Program-made: the position numbers and the translations under genes
Shown here: in pieces, positions 16,911 through 26,176 of the stretch
Numbering within the stretch: the first letter of the stretch is position 1
Layout of the letters: each line of letters starts with the position of its first letter
From: an uncultured Candidatus Saccharibacteria bacterium
Lineage (GTDB): Bacteria > Patescibacteriota > Doudnabacteria > UBA920
Assembly: GCA_964520505.1 (NCBI GenBank)
Contig: CAZFQP010000003.1
Span: 16,738-80,737 of the forward strand
Direction of reading: 5' to 3'
DNA length: 64,000 nt
The notes under the pieces: model-generated
Seen by the model: only the letters and a program-made list of their open reading frames with translations
What the model was told of the DNA's origin: nothing
Database searches by the model: none

Positions 16911-18155
16911 ATGTCTTTAACTCATCATAAAAAAAATATTTATCTGGATTACGCCGCGGCTACGCCTGTGGATTTAAGAGTGCAAAAAGTTATGCAGCCT
17001 TTTTTGTCGCAAGCTTTCGGCAATCCGTCGTCTTTACACCAAAAGGGGAAAGAAACCTCTCTGGCTATTGCCCGGGCGCGGCAAACGGTTGCCAAGCTTG
17101 TTGGCAGTAAACCGGAAGAAATTATTTTTACCGCCGGCGGCAGTGAAAGTGTTAGCTTGGCGATTTTTGGCGTAGCGCGCCATCATCAGCAAATAAAAAA
17201 AGATCAGCGGTTGCATTTAATTACTTCTGTTATTGAGCACCACTGCGTGCTAAATTCTTTTTCGGCCTTGGCAGGGGAGGGGCTGAAAACAAGTTATATC
17301 AATGTCGACAAAACCGGAGTGGTGGATATTAAGCAACTTAAGTCTAGCGTCAGACCTGAAACGATTTTAATTTCTATTATGTTGGCCAACAATGAAATTG
17401 GCACGGTTGAACCTGTGGCCGAAATAGGGAAGTGGCTGAAAGGGTTAAATATTCAGAGAGCAGCTCAAGGCCTGCCAAAGATTATTTTCCATACCGACGC
17501 TTGCCAGGCCGCCGGGTTTTTAAATTTGGATGTTAACAAGTTGGGTGTAGATTTAATGTCAGTTAATGGCGGAAAAATTTATGGCCCAAAACAAACCGGG
17601 TTTTTATATGTCAGGTCGGGGACTGAGCTCAAGCCAATAATCTATGGTGGCGGTCAGGAGAAGGGCCTAAGAGGCGGAACCGAGAATGCTGCCGGCGTGG
17701 TAGGTTTAGCCAAGGCTTTGGAGTTGGTGAGTCTTGAACGAAATAAGGAAAATGACAGGCTAACAAAACTGAGGGATTATTTGATAAGTCGAGTTCTTAA
17801 AGAGAATAAAGGAATACTTTTAAATGGTGTCGATAATATAAATTTAAAAGTAAATAAAGAAAGTTTGTTAAGATTGCCAAATAACGCCAACTTTACCATA
17901 AAAGGAGTTGAGGGTGAAGCTTTAATGTTATATCTGGATGCTTATGGCATTTTTGCTTCTACTTCCAGTGCCTGCAGTACCGGCAGTACCGAGGCTTCAC
18001 ATGTCTTATTGGCAATCGGCAGAAATGAACAGGAAGCGAGAAGTTCAATTCGGATGACCTTAGGCAAACAGACGACCAAGGACGATATAGACTACGTCTT
18101 AAGAGTCCTTAAAAAACTAATCAGCGAGCTTAGGAAGGTTAAACAGCTGTCTTAA
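16911..18155 (+). CDS. cysteine desulfurase (IscS/NifS family class V aminotransferase)
   Basis: PLP-lysine region SVNGGKIYGPK and active-site loop SSACSTGS; start moved to MSLTHHKKNIYLDYAAATPVD (ATG 16911); the track ORF 5' extension is noncoding RNA. Confidence 0.85.
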   Translation: MSLTHHKKNIYLDYAAATPVDLRVQKVMQPFLSQAFGNPSSLHQKGKETSLAIARARQTVAKLVGSKPEEIIFTAGGSESVSLAIFGVARHHQQIKKDQRLHLITSVIEHHCVLNSFSALAGEGLKTSYINVDKTGVVDIKQLKSSVRPETILISIMLANNEIGTVEPVAEIGKWLKGLNIQRAAQGLPKIIFHTDACQAAGFLNLDVNKLGVDLMSVNGGKIYGPKQTGFLYVRSGTELKPIIYGGGQEKGLRGGTENAAGVVGLAKALELVSLERNKENDRLTKLRDYLISRVLKENKGILLNGVDNINLKVNKESLLRLPNNANFTIKGVEGEALMLYLDAYGIFASTSSACSTGSTEASHVLLAIGRNEQEARSSIRMTLGKQTTKDDIDYVLRVLKKLISELRKVKQLS

Positions 18156-18176
18156 GGGTAAAAATTAGCGGATCCG

Positions 18177-18602
18177 GGGGAGAGCTACTTTTAAAATTTT
18201 ATTTAAAATAATCAACATAAAATAATATTTCAATTTGAATTAGAAAATATTACCGGATTAGAAATAAAAAAATATTTAAAAGATTAAAAGCCACAATTAA
18301 AAGTGGCTTTTAATTAACCCTAGGGAACTGTGGAAAACTAAATATCAACAATGTCGCACAATGTATCTTATGCGACAACGATAGTATTGAAAAGACCTTT
18401 TGCTTGTGCTTTTGTCTGTTTGAACCAGAGTTCTAATTATAATTTAAATTGATTAAAATATTTTATATTTACATTTATATTAAATATATATTTTACAATA
18501 CTCTGCTAAGGTTTGATTGTATGAATTTATTTTAAATAATATTTTCGATTGAAATAAAAAGTATATATGTCCTCAAACGCTAATTATGCAGTAGCTCTCC
18601 CC
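18177..18602. mobile_element. MITE-like nonautonomous element: ~426-bp AT-rich ORF-less segment bounded by perfect 13-bp terminal inverted repeats GGGGAGAGCTACT / AGTAGCTCTCCCC
   Basis: TIRs read directly; interior has several hairpins and no ORF. Confidence 0.5.
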
Positions 18603-18639
18603 TGCCGGCTTAAAACCAAGTAGAGGACTCATCTATACA

Positions 18640-18673
18640 AAAAAACCGCCTCAATGAGGCGGTTTTGAAAAAA
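18640..18673. terminator. Terminator AAAACCGCCTCAATGAGGCGGTTTT
   Basis: 8-bp stem with flanking A/T runs. Confidence 0.7.
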
Positions 18674-18682
18674 GTCGGACAA

Positions 18683-19675
18683 CTAAAAATTTACATGGAT
18701 ATTTCCACCTGTAGTTGTGGGAGCGACGCAGGCAGATTCATATTCATTTAGAAATGAGACAACAGATCCAGAATCTTTTGATGCCTGGTAAAATGCCTGG
18801 CGACAAGTATCGTTATATGGCAGTAGGTTAAAATCAACACAGGTGCCGTTTTGGTGGCATGCAGAGACGCTTGGACCATTGTTATTTTGAATTGCACTTG
18901 AAATTTTTAAACTACACCCATTTTTAGAACCCAGTTGATTGAATTTTGTGATAAATGTTTTTACTCTTCCCGAAGCTTGTGTTGATAGTAAACAAGTGCC
19001 GTTATTGCTCTCACATCCATGAGTTGAGGTATAATTTGAAACATCGACACAGTTATTATTTGAAATCAGACAGCCTACGGACGAAGACACCGAGAAAGTC
19101 TGTTTGCAGCTTGTTGATGTTGTTCCATCTCCGGTGTCGGTTGGAGTGCCGCCTGTGTCCGAAGGTGTGGTTGTAGAAATTTTTACACTGGGCGGCTGGA
19201 TGGATTTGAATTGTATAAGATCCGGGTTAATGGCTTTAAGCAGTAGGAAACCTGACATTAAGATTACCAGGCTGGCTATGGTGCTGGTTAAAATACTTTT
19301 GGCCTTGTCTACCGATTCCTGGTTACCCTCGGCTGACATGTAAACGTAACCGGCAATAACCACAAAGAACACGCCAATAACTCCGGCCAGAATAATGGCG
19401 AATTTGTAAAGTTGGTTAATACACTTATATAAGTCGCCACTGTTGTTATTTTTAAAGGCAGCGGAGTTTTGGTCTACACCAAGAGCCGCGTTATCCCGGC
19501 TGGAGGAATTAACCTCGCTAGGGGCACAGAGATATTCTCTAATCTGGCTGGAAATAGGATTTTTCCCGCCTTGGGAATAATCGTAAGACGTGGTTTGCGC
19601 GTAAGCCGGCAAGTAAGCCGTAAAAATTTGCAATAAAGCTAAAATAAAAAAGTATTTTTTAAATTGATTAGCCAT
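18683..19675 (-). CDS. secreted/membrane protein: signal peptide, TrbC/VirB2-like double-TM segment, Thr/Ser-rich linker, C-terminal Cys-rich domain
   Basis: Hydrophobicity pattern (SP, then two adjacent TM helices), TTTPSDTGGTPTDTGDGTT linker, >12 Cys in C-terminal 150 aa. Confidence 0.45.
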   Translation of the reverse strand: MANQFKKYFFILALLQIFTAYLPAYAQTTSYDYSQGGKNPISSQIREYLCAPSEVNSSSRDNAALGVDQNSAAFKNNNSGDLYKCINQLYKFAIILAGVIGVFFVVIAGYVYMSAEGNQESVDKAKSILTSTIASLVILMSGFLLLKAINPDLIQFKSIQPPSVKISTTTPSDTGGTPTDTGDGTTSTSCKQTFSVSSSVGCLISNNNCVDVSNYTSTHGCESNNGTCLLSTQASGRVKTFITKFNQLGSKNGCSLKISSAIQNNNGPSVSACHQNGTCVDFNLLPYNDTCRQAFYQASKDSGSVVSFLNEYESACVAPTTTGGNIHVNF

Positions 19676-19694
19676 ATTTTTTTAAATAATAATT

Positions 19695-21011
19695 TTAATT
19701 ATTGCCCAAAAAATCTTTGGGATTATAAGTATAGCCATAAGGCACTTTATAAGCGCCATAAATTTTGGTATAGGCTCCGGGGTTTACGCCAAAGCCCTCG
19801 GCGTCATAAACGCCAAAGTGAATGTGGTATCCCCTTTCCGGCCCGTATAATTTTTTAGTAGTATTTCCCGTGTTGCCTTCATAGCCGATAACGTCTCCTT
19901 GTTTGACTTGCTGGCCAGGAGAAACTTTAAAACTTCTAAAGTGTCCGTATAAAGTAATAATTTGACTGCTGCCGTTTTTGGTGGAAATATTATGTTTAAT
20001 CGCAACCCAATTGCCGTAAGAGGCATCGCTTTTATCGGTATAAATAACTTCGCCGTCGGCAGCGGCGTAAATTGCCTGGCCTGCAGGGGCGGCAATATCT
20101 ATGCCATTATGAAAATTATAACCTAGCGCGGTAAAGCCGGTATTACCATAACCTTGAGTTAAAATCCCGTCCATTGGCCAGGCCAAAACGCCTTTAGCCG
20201 CCGGGATGGATTTGTTACCTAGCTTGGCGCGGATTTTTGCGTCTAAGTCCTGAATTTCTTTTTGCAGGTTGGCTTCATCTTCTTTGCTGGAAGCCAGAAG
20301 TTTTTGGAAGTTTTTTTCCAAGCCCTTGGTCTGGCTAAGCAAAGCTTGTTTTTGCCCCCGGATGCCGGATAAAGAACTTTTAGTAATTTCCAATTGATTT
20401 TTTAGTTCTTCCAGTTTTTTAACCTGAATTTCCAAATCCCGTTTTTGTCCTTCCAACTTGGCTTTTAACTCTTTAATTTTTTGCACCAGCTGGTATATTT
20501 TACCCTGTAAATTTTGAGTGAATTGCACTTGATCCAAAAAGTCAGACAGGCTATTGCTTCCAACCGTGGTTTTTAAGGCGTATTGGTCATCATATTGGTT
20601 AAGCTCGACAATTAATTGCCCCAAAACTTTTTTATTATCTTCTATCTCTTTAATTTTTTGTTCAATTAAATCTTGGAGTTGTTTAATTTGGAGGTTGGAA
20701 TCTTCAATTTGCGTTTGCTTGCCCTGGATTTGCAGTTCAGTTGAGGCAATTTGTTTGTCGTAAATGAAAATTTCGTTTTTTAAACTGTTGGATTTAGCTT
20801 GGGTCGTGGAAATTTGCTGCTGGTAGCTTTTAATTTGTTGATTGATTTCCTGAAGTTTTTTTTCATTAGCGGTTTTGGCCGCGGCTAGTTCGTCGGCGGT
20901 TTGTTCGGCAAAAACCGCATTAAAACCGCTCAAGCAAAAAATTAAGGCAACAATAAGCCCGCTAGCAAATTTTCTTTTTATTTTGGTATCAGTTTGTAAA
21001 AACATTAACAT
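19695..21011 (-). CDS. M23 family peptidoglycan endopeptidase with N-terminal coiled coil (EnvC-like)
   Basis: Long heptad-rich N-terminal half; C-terminal HxxxD...H.H M23 motifs (GIDIAAPAGQAIYAAADGEV ... GYHIHFGVYD). Confidence 0.8.
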   Translation of the reverse strand: MLMFLQTDTKIKRKFASGLIVALIFCLSGFNAVFAEQTADELAAAKTANEKKLQEINQQIKSYQQQISTTQAKSNSLKNEIFIYDKQIASTELQIQGKQTQIEDSNLQIKQLQDLIEQKIKEIEDNKKVLGQLIVELNQYDDQYALKTTVGSNSLSDFLDQVQFTQNLQGKIYQLVQKIKELKAKLEGQKRDLEIQVKKLEELKNQLEITKSSLSGIRGQKQALLSQTKGLEKNFQKLLASSKEDEANLQKEIQDLDAKIRAKLGNKSIPAAKGVLAWPMDGILTQGYGNTGFTALGYNFHNGIDIAAPAGQAIYAAADGEVIYTDKSDASYGNWVAIKHNISTKNGSSQIITLYGHFRSFKVSPGQQVKQGDVIGYEGNTGNTTKKLYGPERGYHIHFGVYDAEGFGVNPGAYTKIYGAYKVPYGYTYNPKDFLGNN

Positions 21012-21044
21012 TATTATACCAAAAAAATAGGTAAAAAGCTAATT

Positions 21045-21078
21045 TGAAACAATCGCCGTTCTCCCTAAAGGAGAACGG
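21045..21078. terminator. Terminator AATCGCCGTTCTCCCTAAAGGAGAACGGCGATT
   Basis: 14-bp perfect stem downstream of gltX. Confidence 0.7.
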
Positions 21079-21100
21079 CGATTGTCGAGATTGAAAAAAA

Positions 21101-22636
21101 TTAAGCCAGAGAGTTTATGGCGTTTTCCAGTCTGGCAATAATTTCTTTTTTGCCGTGGCCTAAAAATAAAATAGCCGAAACCTCAAACGGGCCGGGGCTT
21201 TTTTCCTGGCCGGTAAGCGCCACGCGCAGCGGCCACAATACCGAACCATTGTCGTAATTTTTGGAGGAAATGAAATTTTTAATTTCAGTTTCCAAATCCG
21301 TCTTGGCAAATTTGTCATCCGGCAAAGCCGTAAAAAAATCTTTTAAATCTGTTAATTTGGTTTTAGCGTCGGCTGCGTCGGCTTTTTTCCAAACTAAAAT
21401 TTTTGGGTCATATTGCGGGGCAGTAAAATAGTAAGCCGTCCCCTCCCCTATTTGGGATAGCTTTTTTAAGCGTTCTTTTTCCAAGTCTAAAATTGCCAGT
21501 AAAAAATTTTCCGGAAAATTTTCGGGGTTTATACCGGCAGCGGTCCAGAATTTTTTGGCTTCCGCCAATAGTTTGTCGGTAGACATCTGGCGAATATACA
21601 AGCCGTTAATCCAGTCGAGCTTGTTAACATCAAAAATTGGCGCGGACTTGTTAATTTTTTTAAGGTCGAACTGGGCAATTAATTCTTCCAGAGAAAATAT
21701 TTCCTGTTCGGTTTTCGGATTCCAACCTAAAAAGGCTACAAAGTTAATTAATGCTTGCGGTAAATAACCTTTAGCCAAAAAATCTTCCACTGCCACATCG
21801 CCCTGGCGTTTAGAAAGTTTGGATTTGTCGGTGTTTAAAGCTAGAGGCAAATGTGCGAATAGAGGCGCGGTCCAGCCGAAGGCTTTGTAAAGTAAAATGT
21901 GCTTTGGAGTAGAAGGGATCCATTCTTCGCCTCGGATGACGTGAGAAATTTCCATAAAATGGTCGTCGACTACCACAGCTAAATGGTAAGTGGGAAAGCC
22001 GTCGGATTTAAGCAATACCTGATCGTCTAGAATTTTATTTTCGTAAACAATCCGGCCATAAATTAAATCTTCAATTACCGTCTGTCCTTCTTGTGGCATG
22101 GCAAAACGTACCACCGGCCTTTTTCCATTAGCTGCAAATTCGGTCTGCTGTTTGGCAGTTTCTTCAGCCGAAAGGTTGCGGCAATGGCGGTCATACATCG
22201 GCGGTTTTTTTAAAGCTGTTTGTTCTTTGCGCAAGTCATCTAACCGTTGTTCGCTGCAAAAGCAGTAATAGGCCTTATTTTCTTTAATAAGCTGGTCGAT
22301 GTGTTTATGATAAATATCTAATCTTTCCGATTGCAAGTAAGGGCCAAGCGCTCCCTTTTGTGTTGCCTTGCCATGTTTGTCCAGTACAAAACCTTCGTCA
22401 AATTCTATGCCCACAGTTTTCATTACTGTAAGTAAATTCTCCACCGCGCCTTCTACTTTGCGGTTTTGGTCGGTGTCTTCCACGCGCAGGACAATTTGCC
22501 CGTGGTTGTGGCGCGCGAATAAAAAGGCGAACAGCGCGGTGCGTAGGCTGCCAATGTGAACGAAGCCGGTTGGTGATGGTGCGAATCTGGTTCTAATAGT
22601 GTTCATGGTGTAAAAATTTTGGTCAATTCTGATCAA
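21101..22636 (-). CDS. gltX: glutamyl-tRNA synthetase
   Basis: HIGH motif (PSPTGFVHIGSLRTAL) and KLSKRQG (KMSKS); 511 aa. Confidence 0.92.
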   Translation of the reverse strand: MIRIDQNFYTMNTIRTRFAPSPTGFVHIGSLRTALFAFLFARHNHGQIVLRVEDTDQNRKVEGAVENLLTVMKTVGIEFDEGFVLDKHGKATQKGALGPYLQSERLDIYHKHIDQLIKENKAYYCFCSEQRLDDLRKEQTALKKPPMYDRHCRNLSAEETAKQQTEFAANGKRPVVRFAMPQEGQTVIEDLIYGRIVYENKILDDQVLLKSDGFPTYHLAVVVDDHFMEISHVIRGEEWIPSTPKHILLYKAFGWTAPLFAHLPLALNTDKSKLSKRQGDVAVEDFLAKGYLPQALINFVAFLGWNPKTEQEIFSLEELIAQFDLKKINKSAPIFDVNKLDWINGLYIRQMSTDKLLAEAKKFWTAAGINPENFPENFLLAILDLEKERLKKLSQIGEGTAYYFTAPQYDPKILVWKKADAADAKTKLTDLKDFFTALPDDKFAKTDLETEIKNFISSKNYDNGSVLWPLRVALTGQEKSPGPFEVSAILFLGHGKKEIIARLENAINSLA

Positions 22637-24027
22637 TTTTGGTCAATCTTGTCAATGTCTATTATACCTTTTTCCGCCATTTCTTTCAAATCCGCCATAG
22701 CCAGGCGTGCTAGATTTTTTCTTTCTGCGGCTAACTCTTTTTCTATCATATTTGCGGGAATAAAGCGGTGCGTTAATAGTTCTCTTTTGTCCGGAAAATC
22801 TATGTCGGCTTCATTGCCGAGAAATTTGAAATAAACCACATTCTGTTTTTGCCCCTTGTAAAGGAAATGTTTATTGACCCAAAACTTTCTGCCCGAGTCA
22901 TTCCAAAAATAAATATTTTGATGCGGCGAGGTGTATAAATATTCCACGGCGGTAATGCCGGTTTCTTCCATGAGCTCCCTGGCTGCAGCGTCAATCAAAT
23001 TTTCATTTTGATCAATTCCACCCTGGGGAAACTGCCAGTAGTTTTCATGGTCAAAAGCAAAGGCCTCGCCAATTAAATCCACACGAAAATCTTTGGGGTT
23101 GCGCTGGCAAATCATTACTTGGTTTTGGCGGTTGAGCAGAACAATTACCACATTTGGTCTTAGCCCATAGGTATCAAAAACTTTATAGTGCCAGAGGGCA
23201 GAAGCTAAACCCCAAGTGGCGTTAATTATGCGTTTTAAGCGGTTTTTTTGGGTAAACAACCGCCACAGCCACTCTAAGCCCATAGAACGCAAGAATTTGG
23301 GCGGAATTGGCCTTTTTCCGGCCAAATAATCAAAGCTGCCACCTAAGCCAATAAGCAGTTTACAGGGTAATTTTTCCTTTACCGAGGCTAGCCAAAGCTC
23401 TTGCTCTATGGCCTTTAGTCCTGCGAAAAGCAGGTCTGGCGAGGCGGTTTTTATGTCCTCGATAATTGTTGGATCAGCAATATTTTTGTTGGAATAACCG
23501 GCGATTTTTAGTTTGGGAAATTTGGCAGTTAATTTTTCGGCGGCAAGTTTTGGCGTGTCGCTCGCCCCGCCGAATAAATACACGGAGAGATTATTTTTTT
23601 CCGCCAGCGCGGCCAAGTCCCAAATTAAATCCGCGCCGACAATTTTTTCCGGCAAGGCGCGTTTGATCCATGAAGGATAAAAAATAATCGACGCCAGGCT
23701 GTAGGCAATTTGCCAGGCGCTTTGGAAAATTTTTAGCCAATAATTTTTTGCGCTAAGCGGAAGTTCCAAATATTTTTTCGCCCAGAAAATTCCGATGCCG
23801 TCGGCCAAAGAAAAATCCGCCTGGTTATAAATATCCATAAGTTTGCGGCTTTGCAAAGCATGAAAAAGAAATTCGGAATACGGGGTAATGACCCAGGTTT
23901 TTTGCCCGCGCAAAAGCCGCTCCTTGAGCTGGCCAAGAAAAGCGGTTTTGGTTATGGCATCTATTTGTAAACCCGCGACATTAACTTTAGACATATCTTC
24001 TGTATTATACCCGCTTTTTATTGACAT
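22633..24027 (-). CDS. fusion protein: WecB/TagA/CpsF-family glycosyltransferase domain + C-terminal NUDIX hydrolase domain
   Basis: N-terminal VNVAGLQIDAI...ADGIGIFWA and GLEWLWRL (WecG/TagA family); C-terminal Nudix box GGIDQNENLIDAAARELMEETGI; 4-bp overlap with gltX. Confidence 0.7.
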   Translation of the reverse strand: MSIKSGYNTEDMSKVNVAGLQIDAITKTAFLGQLKERLLRGQKTWVITPYSEFLFHALQSRKLMDIYNQADFSLADGIGIFWAKKYLELPLSAKNYWLKIFQSAWQIAYSLASIIFYPSWIKRALPEKIVGADLIWDLAALAEKNNLSVYLFGGASDTPKLAAEKLTAKFPKLKIAGYSNKNIADPTIIEDIKTASPDLLFAGLKAIEQELWLASVKEKLPCKLLIGLGGSFDYLAGKRPIPPKFLRSMGLEWLWRLFTQKNRLKRIINATWGLASALWHYKVFDTYGLRPNVVIVLLNRQNQVMICQRNPKDFRVDLIGEAFAFDHENYWQFPQGGIDQNENLIDAAARELMEETGITAVEYLYTSPHQNIYFWNDSGRKFWVNKHFLYKGQKQNVVYFKFLGNEADIDFPDKRELLTHRFIPANMIEKELAAERKNLARLAMADLKEMAEKGIIDIDKIDQN

Positions 24028-24089
24028 ATCAACCGTTTTAAGGTAGAATAAGTGGTTCGATATTAAAATTCAAAAGAGGAGGAATTGGA

Positions 24090-24593
24090 GTGAAAGACTT
24101 AACCCCAATTCAGCGATGCATTTTGGAGTTTTTGCTCCGGCGCCGCTCAGCTCAGGCTGAGGAGATTGCCGCGATGCTAAAGCTTGGGCTCGATGTTGTT
24201 AGGCACGAGATTCAAGCTCTGCGCAAAGACGGCTGGATTCAAGACAGAATTAGAGTCCAGGATGATCGCTTGCGCGGGCTTGGGTACAATCACAAGTTTC
24301 GTTTTAACTTGTTTTTGAACACGGCGGCTCAGGGCCGCAGCAAAGAATTTCCAAATGCCAAAGACCCGGAAAGTTTGGCTGTGGCTGTTGTCTCCAGGCT
24401 GAAGAACCATCCGGAGATGGGGCCGGAGATTCTGGTCGGGCGGCTCTATCTTACTTTGGGAGGGCGGCTCGACGCCAACTTTAGTATGAGGTGTAAAGAC
24501 GCCAAAACTAAGGATTTGGCAAAGGAGCTGCTGCAGAGCTTGCCGGGGGTGGAATCTGTGTCGGTTTACACAGAGCTTCTCATCGGCCTGTGA
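24090..24593 (+). CDS. Lrp/AsnC-family transcriptional regulator (GTG start), GC-rich gene
   Basis: N-terminal HTH LTPIQRCILEFLLRRRSAQAEEIAAMLKLGLDVVRHEIQALRKDGWIQ and C-terminal RAM-like domain; strong SD AAGAGGAGG 8 nt upstream; GC ~55% versus ~40% flanks. Confidence 0.6.
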   Translation: MKDLTPIQRCILEFLLRRRSAQAEEIAAMLKLGLDVVRHEIQALRKDGWIQDRIRVQDDRLRGLGYNHKFRFNLFLNTAAQGRSKEFPNAKDPESLAVAVVSRLKNHPEMGPEILVGRLYLTLGGRLDANFSMRCKDAKTKDLAKELLQSLPGVESVSVYTELLIGL

Positions 24594-24616
24594 TCATCGG
24601 GGAGAAATAAGCTTAA

Positions 24617-24655
24617 CCGGCGGCGGACACATTGTGTGTCTGCCGCCGGTATTAA
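24617..24655 (+). terminator. GC-rich hairpin ACCGGCGGCGGACACATTGTGTGTCTGCCGCCGGT
   Basis: 15-bp stem after the regulator gene. Confidence 0.6.
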
Positions 24656-24693
24656 TTTTCCAAAAATTCCAAAAATAAGCTATAATATACTAT

Positions 24694-25002
24694 ATGGAAG
24701 CACTGAAAAACATTGTTAAATCTACCGGAAAGAATATAAGGCCGAAGAAAAATGTGCATTTGCACTCCCCTGCCCATTTGCTGGCTGACGAGCTGTGCCA
24801 AAGGTTAAATGACAAAAAGCATTTTGCCTTTTATTTAAAAATGGCGGTTTTGTATAATCATGATTACCTGCGCGGTTTGGCCGGACAAATTTTGGAAAAT
24901 AAAAATGCCAAAACCCCCGGACGCTTATTTGCCTATTTAATTAAAAAAAATAATCTTGAGAAAAAATCTCCCCCAGCGGTTTCAGGCGGAGTATCTGTTT
25001 AA
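24694..25002 (+). CDS. hypothetical protein
   Basis: 102-aa ORF preceded by a TATAAT box; no recognisable motif. Confidence 0.35.
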   Translation: MEALKNIVKSTGKNIRPKKNVHLHSPAHLLADELCQRLNDKKHFAFYLKMAVLYNHDYLRGLAGQILENKNAKTPGRLFAYLIKKNNLEKKSPPAVSGGVSV

Positions 25003-25049
25003 AGAAATGATCGTGGCCGCATTTAAAATTTGTAATTTAGAATTGAATT

Positions 25050-25553
25050 ATGGTTTTGCCAATATTAACTTATCCGAATGAAATTTTAAGAAAACCGACC
25101 CAGCCGGTTAGTTTTCCCTTGTCCCCGGAAATAAAAAAGTTGACCAAGGATATGATAGACACCGTGCGCAATGCCGACGGGATTGGTTTGGCGGCGCCGC
25201 AGGTGGGTAAATCTGTTAAATTAATTGTTATTAATTTAGAAAAAAGCGGCATTCCGCTGATGGTTTTGTATAATGCTAAAGTAATTAGCCGCGGTTTTAA
25301 GAAAGTTGATATTGAAGAAGGCTGTTTGTCTATCCCAGGGATTTATGGCAATGTTCGCCGGCCAAAAAAGGTGACCGTAGAAGCTTATACAGCGGATGGA
25401 AAGAAAATAAAGTTTATAGATGACGGTTGGATTGCCCGAGTAGCTCAGCACGAAATTGACCATACAAATGGAATACTGATTATCGACCTGATTAAGAAGT
25501 ACACACAAGGAGAAGAGAAAGTAAAAGAGTGGAAGGAAAAGAAATTAATTTGA
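25050..25553 (+). CDS. def: peptide deformylase
   Basis: Three PDF motifs: GIGLAAPQVG, EGCLSIPG, HEIDHTNG. Confidence 0.92.
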   Translation: MVLPILTYPNEILRKPTQPVSFPLSPEIKKLTKDMIDTVRNADGIGLAAPQVGKSVKLIVINLEKSGIPLMVLYNAKVISRGFKKVDIEEGCLSIPGIYGNVRRPKKVTVEAYTADGKKIKFIDDGWIARVAQHEIDHTNGILIIDLIKKYTQGEEKVKEWKEKKLI

Positions 25554-25638
25554 TTTTACGAAGTACGAATACCTACGAACTTACGAAGTGAGCTCGGGTG
25601 GAAATTCGTAAGTTCGTAAAGGTTAGTACTTCGTAAAA
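25553..25638. repeat. Palindromic intergenic element copy 2 (TTTTACGAAGTACGAAT..CGAACTTACGAAG..ATTCGTAAGTTCGTAAAG..GTACTTCGTAAAAT), nested hairpins; ends 1 nt before the next start codon
   Basis: Outer arms TTTTACGAAGTAC / GTACTTCGTAAAA and inner arms CGAACTTACGAA / TTCGTAAGTTCG are exact reverse complements. Confidence 0.65.
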
Positions 25639-25639
25639 T

Positions 25640-26176
25640 ATGAAGTTTATTAAAGACCTGCTTTTTTTTGAAATTCAGACTACGGGGCAAAATGCCGACA
25701 AGGATTCTATTGTCCAATTGTCGGCGGTTTTGTTGGATAAGGATAATTTGCTGGAAAAAAATAATTTTAACAGCTATATTAAAGTTAGTTATTTAGATAG
25801 CGTGATTGCAGACCATGCGCGCCTACTGAACGTAGACCAAAATATGTTGCGTAAGAGCCCGAAGGTTTATGATTGTATTAAACAGTTTAATCACAAATTC
25901 GGCAACGATTTACTTTTGGCCAGTTATAGTTTTGACAATTTATTGTTCTTGAAAAACGCATTTAAAAAAGCTGTTGTCCCTTTTAATTATGATCCTCATA
26001 TTGTGCAGTTGTGGACTTTGGGATATATATATACTTTGAATTACGGCTTGAAAAAAATGCCAACGCTCAATACTTTTTTGGATTATTTTCGTTTAAAGTT
26101 AAAAAATCCGTTTGACTCAATGGAGCGAGCTCGCTTGGAAGCCGAGGTATTTAGAAAGATAATTAAAGAAGTATAG
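25640..26176 (+). CDS. DnaQ-like 3'-5' exonuclease paralog with degenerate catalytic motifs (likely inactive)
   Basis: Homologous to 26290 ORF (KDLLFFEIQTTG vs KDILLIDTEFTG; shared VQLSAVLLDK). Exo I D-x-E becomes E-x-Q; Exo III H...D replaced by F...R. Confidence 0.55.
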   Translation: MKFIKDLLFFEIQTTGQNADKDSIVQLSAVLLDKDNLLEKNNFNSYIKVSYLDSVIADHARLLNVDQNMLRKSPKVYDCIKQFNHKFGNDLLLASYSFDNLLFLKNAFKKAVVPFNYDPHIVQLWTLGYIYTLNYGLKKMPTLNTFLDYFRLKLKNPFDSMERARLEAEVFRKIIKEV

